Shown in pieces: positions 50,471 to 62,553 of a stretch of DNA of 64,000 nt. A program made the position numbers and the translations under genes. Origin of the DNA: Octopus sinensis. Lineage: Eukaryota. Every line of letters starts with the position of its first letter. Position 1 is the stretch's first letter. A model generated the notes under the pieces. It was not told the origin of the DNA. It saw only the letters and a program-made list of their open reading frames with translations, and made no database searches. The DNA lies in the NCBI RefSeq assembly GCF_006345805.1, contig NC_043004.1, forward strand, positions 104,408,001 through 104,472,000, read 5' to 3'.

Positions 50471-50535
50471 AAGGCAGCGAGCTGGCAGAAACGTTAGCAC
50501 ACCGGGCAAAATGCTTAGCGGTATTTCGTCTGCCA
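50471..50535 (+). mobile_element. SINE family A head fragment
   Basis: aaggcagcgagctggcagaaacgttagc...gtatttcgtctgcc. Confidence 0.8.
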
Positions 50536-50815
50536 ACCTAATGCCAACCACACTTCATAGTGTACTGGGTGTCTTTTACATGTCACCGGCACAGATGCCT
50601 TTTATGTGTCACCAGTCCTGTCCATGACCAGTATTTCACTTTGCTTGACATGTCTTCTCAAGCACAGCAAATTGACAGAAGTCTAAGTCACTTGTCATTT
50701 CTTCTGTGAAATTGAACAACCAGAGATCATATTTCACCGCTTCACCACATGTCTTCCTGAATCTACCTCTTTCCTCTTTCACTGGTTCCCTCCATAATTA
50801 GAGATCGGCACCCCT
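50536..50815 (-). mobile_element. RTE LINE 3' end plus family C-type 3' UTR
   Basis: CRSLIMEGTSERG...KT...EEMTSD on the minus strand, then gccggtgacatgtaaaagacaccc. Confidence 0.6.
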
Positions 50816-51142
50816 GGGTTTCAAGTATATCAAGGAGTTTGTCACAATCTACAGTTAACCTTATATATTTGTATTTGTGTGCATGCGTGTGCACGTGCGT
50901 GTTTGCGTCTGTGAGAATGCATGGCTTTGTGGTTAGAGCTTGAGATTGTGGTTTCAATTCCTAGACTGGTAGGTGCATTGTGTTCTTGAGCAAAACACTT
51001 CATCTCACGGTGCGCTGTGATTACTTTGGCACCTAACATGTGGTTCAGGCAATGTCAATTTGATGGAGAAAGTGAGGTAATAGCACATACATTTGATCAC
51101 TTTGAGCAAATCATCTGTACAGGTTGTTTGGCAAAATTTGAA

Positions 51143-51430
51143 AGCCTTGTGAGTGGATTTGGTAAACGGAAACTGAAAAGAAGCCTGTCATATATATGTA
51201 TTTATATATATGCGTGTGTGTGTCTGTGTTTGTCCCCCTAGCATTGCTTGACAACCGATGCTGGTGTGTTTATGTCCCCGTTACTTAGCGGTTCGGCAAA
51301 AAGAGACCGATAGAATAAGTACTGGGCTTACAAAAAAGAATAAGTCCCGGGGTCGATTTGCTCGATTAAAGGCGGTGCTGCAGCATGGCCCCAGTCAAAT
51401 GACTGAAACAAGTAAAAGAGAGTAAAAGAG
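51143..51430 (+). mobile_element. SINE family B, 3' part, young
   Basis: Near-consensus. Confidence 0.82.
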
Positions 51431-51436
51431 AGAGTA

Positions 51437-51471
<35 letters not shown>

Positions 51472-51719
51472 ATAGAGAGAGAGAGAGGAGAGAGAGAGAG
51501 AAGAGAGAGAGAGAAAAGATAGATAGATAAATAAAATTGGATATTTAATAAATGAGTGGAATTGAACCAGTGTCCGTGTTAATTATATTGGCATGATGAC
51601 CCTCCCTAGACACAACAAAATTTGTTTCAACACACAAATTCACAAAGAATCTTGCAAACCAGATTTTAAAAAAGTGTATGTATATATATATATATGTGTG
51701 TATATATATGTGTATATAT

Positions 51720-51950
51720 GTGTGTGTGTGTGTGTATACTTGTGTGTCTGTGTTTTTTGCCCCACCATCACTCAACAACCGATGCTGGTCTGTTTATGTC
51801 CTCATAACTTAGTAGTTTGGCAAAAGAGACTGATAGAATAAGTATCAGGCTTACAAATGATAAGTCCTAAGTTTGATTTCTTCAACTAACACCCTTTAAG
51901 GTGGTGCTCCAGCATGGCTGCAGTCAAATGACTGAAACAAGTAAAAGAAG
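51720..51950 (+). mobile_element. SINE family B, 3' part
   Basis: Match to consensus. Confidence 0.75.
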
Positions 51951-52734
51951 AAGAGAATGTGCATGTGTGTGTGTGTGTGTGTTAAGTGGTAGTTGTGTGT
52001 TCTTCCCTTGCTTAAAGTCAAACTTGTTGCTCTTTCCAGTAGCGTCTTGATAACCTCATATGATAGACATGCCATGGAGTTGTAGCATGACAAGGTTCGG
52101 AAATAAGGTGATGAGTGGAACAGAGAAATTAGCTTCAGTGTTTTGAGTTCACCTTTACCATGTGATGTCGTCAATGCAATATCTTACTTCTCTAATGTCA
52201 ATATACTTCATTATCTGTAGAACGCTGTAAACCCTGCACTGGTAGCAGTGACAGTAATACTAACAGTGTCTGCATTATTAACGATATAAAACCCCAGTAG
52301 CTGCTACTATAAGTAAGTGACAGTGATTGCATCAACAGGGGGGGATCTGCTGTAATATTTGCAGCAACAGCAGGTATGTGCAACAGCGATGACAGCAACA
52401 ACAATAACAGCTGAATATAATGCGAGCTTGTTTAATCGGAGTAACTAGAGAGGTTGGAATGAATCGGGACTTGATTGGACTTGATTGAAAAGTGGATTTC
52501 TTCTGTTAATACTGTTGTAGAACTGAGGTAAAAGAGGAAAAATTTCATGTTATATAGATTCTTCTAAAAGTCAGAAGCCATCATAGTCATCGTCATCATC
52601 GTTGCCATCATCGTCATCACCATTATTATTTAAAATCCATTTTCCATGTTTGCACGGTTTGAGGGGTTTGATAGGATCCAGCAGATCACAGGGCTGTGTT
52701 GAGCTCCAATGTTAGTTTCAGTATGGTTATTTTA

Positions 52735-53120
52735 TACTCTTTTACTCTTTTACTCTTTTACTTCTTTCAGTCATTTGACTGTGGCCATGCTGGAGCACCA
52801 CCTTTAGTCAAGCAAATCGACTCCAGGACTTATTCTTTGTAAGCCTAGTACTTATTCTATCGGTCTCTTTTGCCAAACTGCTAAGTTACAGGGACGTAAA
52901 CACACCAGCATGTTGGGGGACGTAAACACAGACATACAAACATATACACAAACATATGACAGACTTCTTTCAGTTTCCATCTACCAAATCCACTCACAAG
53001 GCTTTGGTTGGTGTGAGGCTATAGTAGAAGACACTTGCCGCAGGTGCCATGCTGCAGGACTGAACCTGGAACCATGTGGTTGGTAAGCAAGCTACTTAGC
53101 ACACAGCCACTCCTACGCCT
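52735..53120 (-). mobile_element. SINE family B, full length
   Basis: Reverse-complement match with (tttactct)n tail. Confidence 0.85.
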
Positions 53121-54203
53121 CCTTGTAATACCAACCACTTTACTGCAGTGAAGTTGCTATGTTAGAAGTTTATAAGAATTTCAAGAACACAATAGCTTTG
53201 TCTTTTACTGATTATAAGACAACCTAAAAATAAAGAAAAATTGTGTAAGTTGTAGTTAGTCAGATAGAGAACGTAAAGAGATGTGACATGCTACACAAAT
53301 GCATTTAGCTAATAATAATATTTTTGTGTGATGTCATATAGTGAAAATTGTGGATGTCATAGTTGAAACATGTCTGTGTAAATGTTATGGTCGAAATATA
53401 TTATCATGATAGTAGGAATAATTAAATTTTTACAAAACAGGGATGGTAACTGCTCGTAAAGAAAGCACCTGCAAAATACAAGAAATTGAAATCAACAGTT
53501 TCTATATGTTGTTTGGAAAGGTGTCTGTAATCTTATTGTATTCAGAGAGAAAGTTGATGGTGTGTCCAGGTGCATTACAGGATGGTTTATGGAAAAACAG
53601 TTGGAACTTCGTGATAGGAGATTGTTGGATAGCAATATCTTTTAGATTAGATTAAAAGGTGGTAAATATCAAACATGACTGAAACTAATTTAGAGAAAAT
53701 GGTTCTAGATTTCTCTTTGAGTTGATTGAGTGATGAGGTATTGAGTGAGAATGTTGGTGCAACTACACATCAAATGGCCTCTTTCTATGATAAGCACATA
53801 ATGCCCCTGACTGAAGCATCTTCCATTTTGCATTTTCTGGAAGAGTCCAGTTCCATAGTCAGGGAATTAATGCATAAACATTCAGCCAGTATCTACAAAG
53901 ATTATTGAGCTGTTAAATATTGTTCTTCCTGGTCTTGTCTTCCTGCGACTGATGATCTCAACAAAGTAGATGTCTTATGTCGTGTACAGGTTGAAGGTGG
54001 CCACCCAGATGGGCACCTAGAGCAGTCATGGGCAAGCTGTAGCTCTCTGAATGGCATGACTAACAAAAAAATTACCTTTTTGGTAGTACAGCTCACCTGA
54101 TGAACCACTGTGTCTCATGTGGCCCACTTCTTGTAAAAGGTTGCCCTATGCCTGAAATAGAGTGCTCTCAATGATCAAGTTTGTTATACTTTATATATAT
54201 ACA

Positions 54204-54585
54204 TAATAATAGTGAAATTATTGTATACAGTGCTCAGGTGCACCACAACTTGTCAAAAGTGCGTATAAAGTATATGCAGTAATGTACAAATGTCTGGAAA
54301 GTGAACAGTGTATGAGTCAGATACATGCGTGTGTATGGAGGGATCGCGGGTGCAAATCTCAGACCGGGTGATGTGTGTATTTATGAGCGAAACACCTAAA
54401 CACCACGCGGCAAAAGGTAATGGTGAACTTCTGCTGTATCTTTTGCCACAACTTTCTCTCACTCTTGCATCTAGCAGCTCATTTGCAACGGACCAGCGCC
54501 CCGTCCACATGAGGGAACCTATACACCAATAAAACCGGGAAACTGGCCCTTATGTGCCAGGCATGGCTCAAGAAGGAACAACAAT
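54204..54585. repeat. Two abutting interspersed repeat fragments
   Basis: gtgctcaggtgcaccacaacttgtcaaaagtg also occurs near 56710 and 57640; gggaaactggcccttatg resembles 46955-46990. Confidence 0.6.
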
Positions 54586-55035
54586 ATAAATATATATATA
54601 TATATGAAGTATAAGGAAAGGAAAAATTGTAGGTGTAGACAGACTTTAATTCATAATCCCTTTTATGGATTTTGACATCCCTTTGAAGGACCTCGCCTCT
54701 TTAGTGTGTGTGTGTATGTTAAGTGATAGCTATGTGTTCTTCTCTTGCCTGACGTCAACTTGTTTCTCTTTTCAGTTGTGTCTTGATAGCTTCATATCAT
54801 AATTATTTTAGTTCACTTGAAGGCAGCAAGCTGACAGAATCTTCGGACATTGGAAAAAAAATACCTTACAGTATTTCTTCCAATTCTTTACATTTTGAAT
54901 TCAAATTCTACCAAGGTCGACTTTGTCTTTCATCTTTCTGTGGTTTGATGAAATAAATTCTAGTAAAGCCATGGGATTGGTAAACTCCACAATAACCTTC
55001 CTTCAACATTTCCAGACTTGTTCCTTTTATAAGAA

Positions 55036-55387
55036 CCTACACTCGCCTCCTTATGAGAGCTCAAAATCTCTCATGGAAGCGCCATCCAACCAAAATGCAA
55101 ATACATGGGGAACTACCACCTGTATCATCTCTTGTGAAAGGTAGGAGAGTCCAGTTTGCTGGACATTGTTGTAGAGCTGAAAAAGAGGTAATTTCTACTC
55201 TTCTCCTCTGGAAGCCATCTACTCGCAATACCAGAGGGCGCACACTCTCCTACCCTGATGTAATCTCCAGGGATACAGGCGTCCAACAACAGGACCTCCG
55301 TAATGCTATGATGGACCGTGAAGTCTGGCGTAGCATGGTAAATTCCATTGTCTCGACCACGGTCGAACAATGATGATGATGATGAAG
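55036..55387 (+). mobile_element. Young 5'-truncated RTE LINE
   Basis: Open frame LSWKRHPT..LPPVS..RRVQFAGHC..LLLW..DTG..MDREVWR, (TGA)n tail, TSD ataagaa. Confidence 0.9.
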
Positions 55388-55799
55388 ATAAGAAATAATT
55401 AGAAGCATTGCACTGCCAATTTTGCCTTTCCTCTTTATAGGGTTAATAAAATGAAGTACCTGTTAAGTACTGCTCATCTCGGTGGTATCAGCTGACATTT
55501 TCCTCCCCAAATTGCTGCCCTTGTCCCTAATTCAGCACTAGCGTTATGGTTTGTTTGTATCATTATCTCACGCTTCTTTCTTTCTGTACGTGTTGACCTC
55601 AAAAAGCCGAGATATTTTCTTTTATAAAAAGTAATGCAAGGGAGATAACTAATATATTCGATTTCAATTGGTTATCTCCCCTGCATTGTATGTCGACCGG
55701 TGATTTATAATATATTTTGTTTTTGTGATTTTAAATCTCACTGCGCTTCAGAAAATTTATATTCAATACATATTTAAATTTCAATGTTAGGTGATTCTT

Positions 55800-56576
55800 C
55801 TTTTACCACCCACTGTTATCAACACAATTAACTATCCTGACTGGAAAGACAACAGACGAACCTCAGTAGAGTCCACTACACTTGCTAGGTTAAATCTCCT
55901 TCAAATCAGACATTATCAGCCACAGACAGATACATTGTACAATGTAATCTACTTACTTAAGGCCCTCTTCTCCCTATGGAAAGCCTTTGACGACTTTTCT
56001 CTCCTGTTCTCAAATCTAGGCTGTCTTTTCTGCTTCTCTTCGCTCCAATCGCTGCTTTTTCACCTTTGCTTCAGTATCCTGCATATTGTTTCCCAAAGGG
56101 AAAAACCTTCCTCTCCTCTTTTGTCTTCTCCCAAGTGGGGGTTAATCCAGCTCCTATTGAGTTCACCTCATCATGGGTCAAAGCGGTTGATGCACAACTG
56201 TTGGCAGCCCAATTATGCAGCATGTTGAAGCCATTCCTGGTTTCAGTGATGAACGCCAAAGACTCGAGGGCCAGAAACAAGCTCCATATCTGCTTTGACT
56301 ATTGTGATCCACAACCTCAGCCCCCCCCCCCCGGTCTTGTTGGTCTTGAATTGCTATCGATGCTTTTGTTGCTTGCTTTTTCTTTTTTTTTTCTAGATAG
56401 GGTTGTTCGCCCTACACAAATGCATTTTTACCTCTGGGAAGAAGTGGTCCATGTTCATCTGATCTCTATTCTTTGACCGGTCCGGCATGAGAGCCCTTAC
56501 CAGGAGGTTGTACTCCACTTTTCTCGCATAGCAGTCGGGGTCATTCAGACACACAAATCACCATACTGTAATAAGG
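55800..56576 (-). mobile_element. Probable RTE LINE 5' region (5' UTR and leader)
   Basis: Minus strand reads ccttattacagtatggtgatttgtgtgtctgaatgacccc..gctatgc..cctggtaagggctctcatgccggaccggtc..gggcgaacaaccc, resembling RTE (Rex3/Expander/BovB-type) 5' ends from memory. Confidence 0.55.
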
Positions 56577-56581
56577 ACTGG

Positions 56582-56649
56582 CAGGGGCAGATTGGGGTGG
56601 GGGGCACATGCCCTCTTCAAGAAAAGAAATGTGCCCTTCTAAATAATGT

Positions 56650-56693
<44 letters not shown>

Positions 56694-56856
56694 AATTATT
56701 GTATATAGTGCTCAGGTGCACCACAACTTGTCAAAAGTGCATATAAAGTATATTGTCAAAAGTGCATATAAAGCATATTATGCCCTTTTCTCCTGGAATT
56801 GTATTCCCTTCTGACCTTGTGCCCTCCCTTTGAAAAAATTCCTGGGACCGCACGTG
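56582..56856. mobile_element. PIF/Harbinger-like MITE with an internal insertion
   Basis: Ends caggggcagat / ggaccgcacgtg and repeated gtgccc subterminal motifs. Confidence 0.45.
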
Positions 56857-57771
56857 CCTGGATCTTTGGCGGACAACTTAGTCTAAGTTATATGAAAAAA
56901 TGATGTTCTCACGCTTGATTGCTTTTCCTAATCATAAGAAGTCTGTTAAATCAGAACTGACTTGAGCTAAGTAACAACAAACTATTATCATTCTAAATCT
57001 TTGTTGTAAGAGAGTTAATTATTTCCTAGTCCACAGCTGTTACTAAGACTGTGAATAAGAGATTAACTCACGTTCAGCTCACTTGAGTTTTCACTTTACA
57101 ATTCCTGAATAATATATATTCACTTTGATAATTAATACTGTACTAAGGTATGGCCATCACACCATCTAATCCCACTCCTGAAATAAATCTGGCTTTGTGT
57201 CTGACTAAGCCTATAATATCTTTTGTTGATATTTCTTGACACTTCAAATCTGAAGTAGACAATGATGAGCTCCAAAGAATACTTTACATCTGAATAACAT
57301 TATTCAAGTCTCTGCTGTAGAATTATTGACATTTGAATAAAATGTGTGTGTGTGTGTGAAATAAAATGAAAATTTTTACATCAAACATGCCTTAACTTAA
57401 AATGAGGTGTAAAAAAACAAACCTATATATACATATACACATGCACAGCATATTTGATGGACTTTTTTCCTGAATTATATACTGCTGAAGCTGAGGGTAA
57501 ATCTAATGCACCCATGTATCTTTTATACCATCAAATAAGGTGTGTACATGCATACATTTATATATGTGTGTATGCAAATGCATTTATATATATATGTGTG
57601 TGTGTGTGTATATAATAATAATAAAACATTGTGTACAGTGCTCAGGTGCACTACAACTCATCTAAAGTGTATGTATAGTACATAGGGTAATGTACAAGCG
57701 TCAGGAAAAGAACAGTGCATGAGTCATGACATACACATATGTGTTATAGATATGTGTGTGTATATATATAT

Positions 57772-57805
<34 letters not shown>

Positions 57806-57862
57806 GTGTGTGTGTGTGTGTATATATATGTATGTATGTATGTGTGTATGATGTATGTATGC

Positions 57863-57904
<42 letters not shown>

Positions 57905-58494
57905 ATGTAATGATTGAGGAAAACGGAATATGGAGTTAGCAAGAATCTTTATATAAAGATTCTTGTCAACTTCATTTTCCATTTATCTCATTCATTATAA
58001 ACTCAACAAATTTCATGGAATTCCTGTCATAGATCCAATGACAATTATATCATAACTATAGATAACATCTAGTAACCTAAACAGCATAAGTGCTTTAATC
58101 GGCATATTATTAGACTAATACCCAAAGTCCAAATAATTATGTGTTGTGTGTGTGTGTGTGTAATGATTATTTAAACAATATCTTGATCATGCTGCCAACC
58201 ATGCAAGAGTTTAGCTTACCCCCAAGTTGCATTCTAGCCCCTTTTTTGTTTTCTAGTTGAAGTTAACTCACTTAAATAATACTGTTAATCCCTAAGTTTT
58301 CATTTTATCTTTTTTCTGAAAAATTGAACTTTGTGTAAAGGACCAAAAATTAATCTAATATTTTAGCTCTGTTAACTCCATCTTCAACTTGCAATTATTA
58401 AAAACAAATAAAAAAAATGTTATTATTTTTATTGTTATTATTTACCATAATGAATTAATTATTGTAACAAATAAGATCTTTACATATTTTGCAG

Positions 58495-58604
58495 GTAAGA
58501 GCTGCTGGAAGTTTAATAAAATATTTGGAGAAAAACCGTATTGGAATAGAATTGGAAGACATAAATGTTCGAGTGCCGTTTGTCAATATTCAAGTGTTTT
58601 CTCT
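58495..58604 (+). CDS. MSH5: MSH5 internal coding exon (110 nt, phase 0 to 2)
   Basis: ttttgcag|...|gtaagt. Encodes VRAAGSLIKYLEKNRIGIELEDINVRVPFVNIQVFS(L), matching MSH5 VRALGGLLKFL..RIGVELED.NV.VP. Confidence 0.94.
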
Positions 58605-58854
58605 GTAAGTTGTCCAGAAATTCTCTGCTTTATGTTATCATGGTTAATATCTAAATAATTGTTCTATGTTAACATACTTGTTTGAAACCTTAGAAGTCTC
58701 TCTTATGATAAACTAACAAAATAGTGTTCCTCTGGAGGATCACTGGAGTAATGTTGCTTGACAAGGTGCATAGCTCATAGATCAGAGAGTCTCTGAAAGT
58801 CAAGATGCTACTTCCCCATATTGAGAGGTCACAGCACTGGTACTATGGGGTTGA

Positions 58855-59240
58855 AGGCAGCGAGCCGGGTGAAATGCATAGTGCCATATTTCGTCTGCCG
58901 TTACGTTCTGAGTTCATATTCCATTGAGGCCGACTTTACCTTTCATCCTTTCGAGGTCAATTAAATAAGTACCAGTTATGCACTGGAGTTGATATAAACA
59001 ATTTAATTTCTTTGTCTGTCCTTGTTTGTCCTCTCTGTGTTTAGCCACTTGTGGGCAGTAAAGAAATAGGTATCTCGTCTGCCGCTACGTTCTGAGTTCA
59101 AATTCCGCCAAGGTCGACTTTGCCTTTCATCCTTTCAGGGTCAATTAAATAAGTACCAGTTATGCACTGGGGTTGATATAATCGATTTAATCCGTTTGTC
59201 TCCTCTGTGTGTAGCCCCTTGTGAGCAGTAAAGAAATAAG
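58855..59240 (+). mobile_element. SINE family A with a head-to-tail duplicated body
   Basis: Body repeats from tcgtctgccg at about 58911 and about 59076. Confidence 0.85.
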
Positions 59241-59980
59241 TACTGTGGACATGTAGTTAGAATCTTGCAGGAAAGAATTGCAAGATGGATTCTTCAAACT
59301 GGGGTAACAAGTAGGAAACTTAGGGATGGACCAAAAACGACAGGGTTGGATAATATGCATAGTCTAAGTTGGTCATACCTAGGAATCCAACCAAGTTATT
59401 TAACTCTTTAATTGTTCTTAATTAATCATACTTTATTTTGTAGCTTTGAAATTCGATGAGTTGGTTGCTTATTTTTAGATACACATTGCAGAGTTGCTCT
59501 GACAGACTAGATCTGGTTGATTTGAACATAAGGTGGGCAGAATATTTTGGCTTGATGTGGCCAGTTTAAATGCTAAAGGGTTGATGACAGCTGCTTCTGA
59601 TTGGACCTTTTGGAGGAAGTGCATGAGGACTTTGCTTCCACCCGCAGGAATAGTGGGTGGAGAAGATGGGTAGATGGATGGGTACACTTTCATCATTAAT
59701 TTTTGAAAACTTTATTCAACTGATTTTTACTGAAAGAGACCATCACATTCCTTGAATGCTAGTGTTTGGCCTTAAGAGGAAGCCTACAGCAGGGCAAAGT
59801 TGTTTCGTGGTACCACCTAGCGCTGCATCTGTTACTAATAATGGTCAAATGTTGAGGAGACATCTAAGTGTAGAAAAAATGCATAAATAAACTCTGTGTA
59901 AAGTATGCTGTTTTGTGCAGTGGAAATATTATAGATTTTAGACATGTAAAATACTTTCTTCATAATATCTGGCTTGTTGT

Positions 59981-60192
59981 AAGGCAGAAACATTAGCACG
60001 CTGGGCAAAATGCTTAGCAGTGTTTCGTCTGTCTTTACATTCTGAGTTCAAATTTCACCGAGGTCGACTTTGCCTTTCAGCCTTTCAGGGCTCGATAAAT
60101 TAAGCACCAGTTGTGTACTGGGGTTGATCTAATCGGCTGAACCCGCCCCAGTCCCCCAAAATTTCAGGCCTTGTGCCTAGAGTAGAAAAGAA
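59981..60192 (+). mobile_element. SINE family A
   Basis: Match to consensus. Confidence 0.8.
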
Positions 60193-60464
60193 TATCTAGC
60201 TTGTTGGTTTACGATTCTAGGGTCAAGTCTCGCTGGTACTAACTTCACTTTTTATTCCATTCTAGTTGATAAAATGTATTCTGTAGCTCAATAATGAAAG
60301 GTGAAAATTATGCATTTGCTCCATTGGAGACATTAGTGTTTAATATTTTATTATATGTGACAGAATAAAGAGAAAAATTGTTTTACCTAAGAAGAGATAT
60401 ATGCCTAATCAAGAGTTAATTACAATATATCTGAATTAAAATTTATATTTTGAATATTTTGCAG

Positions 60465-60500
60465 GAACGATCAAGTGATAATAGATAACACAGCTCTGTC
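60465..60500 (+). CDS. MSH5: MSH5 36-nt coding exon (phase 2 to 2)
   Basis: ttttgcag|...|gtaagt. Encodes (L)NDQVIIDNTAL(S), matching MSH5 LVNIDQDTYS; phases fit both neighbours. Confidence 0.88.
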
Positions 60501-60748
60501 GTAAGTGATCCACAGTATCTTAACTTTGCTAGTGCTCCAACGGTTGTAAGACTAACTGTTAAATAATGCCACTGTTGGCATAATAGGTTCGTTATCATAA
60601 GAACTGAGACAACTTCAAATATTGACCAACGATATCTGCTACGAATAAAATGGCTCTGAACATTTCCAGCATGCTACAAAAACAGTCCACAAAAATAAAA
60701 AAGAGTACATAGAGGTTGCGTATTGCATGGAATGGTCTAATATATTCA

Positions 60749-60794
<46 letters not shown>

Positions 60795-60861
60795 CACATT
60801 ATATATATATACACACATTATATATATACACACACATTATATATACACACACACACATATA

Positions 60862-62144
60862 TTGGGTCATCCCATAAATAATGCAGTCTTTTTATACTTC
60901 TTTTATTTTTCAAAATTAAGATAAACAAGGTTCTTTTTTTAATCTAAAACACTCTCTTTCATTTTCTACAATGCTCTTCCATCTATCTGGTAGACTTGCA
61001 AGGCCCGTCTTCCAAAATTCATTTGCCCGTGATGAAAAATACTCCTCCAGTATTGTTCTGACCTCACCTACAGAATTCATATTTTTTTCCCATCCAAATG
61101 ATTTTGGAGACTGTAGAATAAATGATAATCAGATGGGGCAATGTCTGGTGAATATGGTAGGTAGGGCATCGTTTCCCATTCAAACTGCTCCAGCCTTTGG
61201 AATGTCATTCTCACTGTATGTAGCTGAGCATTATCCTGATGGAAGAACACCTTTCGTTTTGAAACCAAAGATGGTCATTTTCCTTCTAGTGCTGACTTAA
61301 TCCGCTCAAGCTGCTTGCAGTAGATCACCTTAGTTATTGTTTGGTTTGGGTTTAAAAGATCAAAGTGGATTGAACCTTTCATATCCCACCAAACAGATAA
61401 CAAGACCTTATGTTGTTGAAGACCTTCTTTAGCCTGGGGTGCTGCTGTTTCTCCTTTCTTTACCCACTGTCTTCGGCGCTTGACATTTTTATAGAGAACC
61501 CATTTCTCCTCACCAGTCACTATTCGATCCAAAAATGGTTCATTTGTGAGACATGACAGCAAAGAAGAGCGCACGTTCACTCTCTGCATGCAATTAGACT
61601 CGGAAAATTTGTGAGGAACCCATTGACTTGATTTGCTAACTTTTCCGATGGCACATAGGTGTCAATGAATGGTTGAATGACCGATTCCAAGCTTCTCTGC
61701 TAGTTCTTCAACAGTTATGATGGGATTTTGTTCCATCAGGATTTGCAGGACATCCTCATCAAACTCTTCAGATCTTCCAGGATGAGGCTTGTCTTCTAGG
61801 CTTCCAGCTCAAAATTTCTGGAACCACCATTGACACTGTCTTACGCTTATTGTGTAATCCCTATATATTGCATTAATATTCCTCACACTTTCCTTTGAGT
61901 TTTTGCTTTATTGAACTCATTAAGCAAAATATGCCAAATATGCTCCTTTGTCACTTCTATTATAGCTTTGAAAAACTAATTGTTAAAATCTAACTGCACT
62001 CTTCAAAACTTACACTAAGAATAAGTACAAGGTAAAATTACTGCCTGCTTTTATAGCAAGTTGATGCAGGTAGTTTATCTCATCACCCCACTGACTTTTA
62101 GTTCATGCAACTGAAAAAGCTGCATTATTTATGGGATGACCCAA
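60862..62144 (-). mobile_element. Full-length (1283 bp) inactive mariner transposon
   Basis: Perfect TIRs ttgggtcatcccataaataatgcag with TA flanks. Transposase motifs WVPH, IVTGEEKW, HQDNA and YSPDIAPSDYHLF, with stops and frameshifts. Confidence 0.95.
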
Positions 62145-62162
62145 TACATATATGTATGAATA

Positions 62163-62230
<68 letters not shown>

Positions 62231-62250
62231 TATATATATATATATATATA

Positions 62251-62287
<37 letters not shown>

Positions 62288-62320
62288 TATACGTGTGTGT
62301 GTGTATATACACACACACAC
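62145..62320. repeat. (TA)n microsatellite
   Basis: Directly visible. Confidence 0.95.
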
Positions 62321-62553
62321 TGAGTATGTATATGGTGAGAGAGTAGAGTCGTTAGATAGATTTTTTTTTTACCAATACTATGAGATTGCTAACATTACTG
62401 TAAGTTTCAGTGTGTATGTGTGTGTTTGTGTGCAATGTAGCAGTGATATACTAGGACAAAAAATCAATTAATTAAGTACCCCCCCCCCCCCCCCCCTCAG
62501 CCATGCCCAACCAATCGAAAAGCCACGTACATCACTACATTCTTATATTTCAG

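Noticed and set aside
53300-54170. Possible LINE endonuclease remnant on the minus strand
   Set aside because: Only vague motif resemblance across many stops; cannot be supported without a profile search.
58389-58658. ORF-track protein overlapping an MSH5 exon (also 62553-62786)
   Set aside because: Wrong reading frame; the MSH5-like peptide is in another frame bounded by splice sites.
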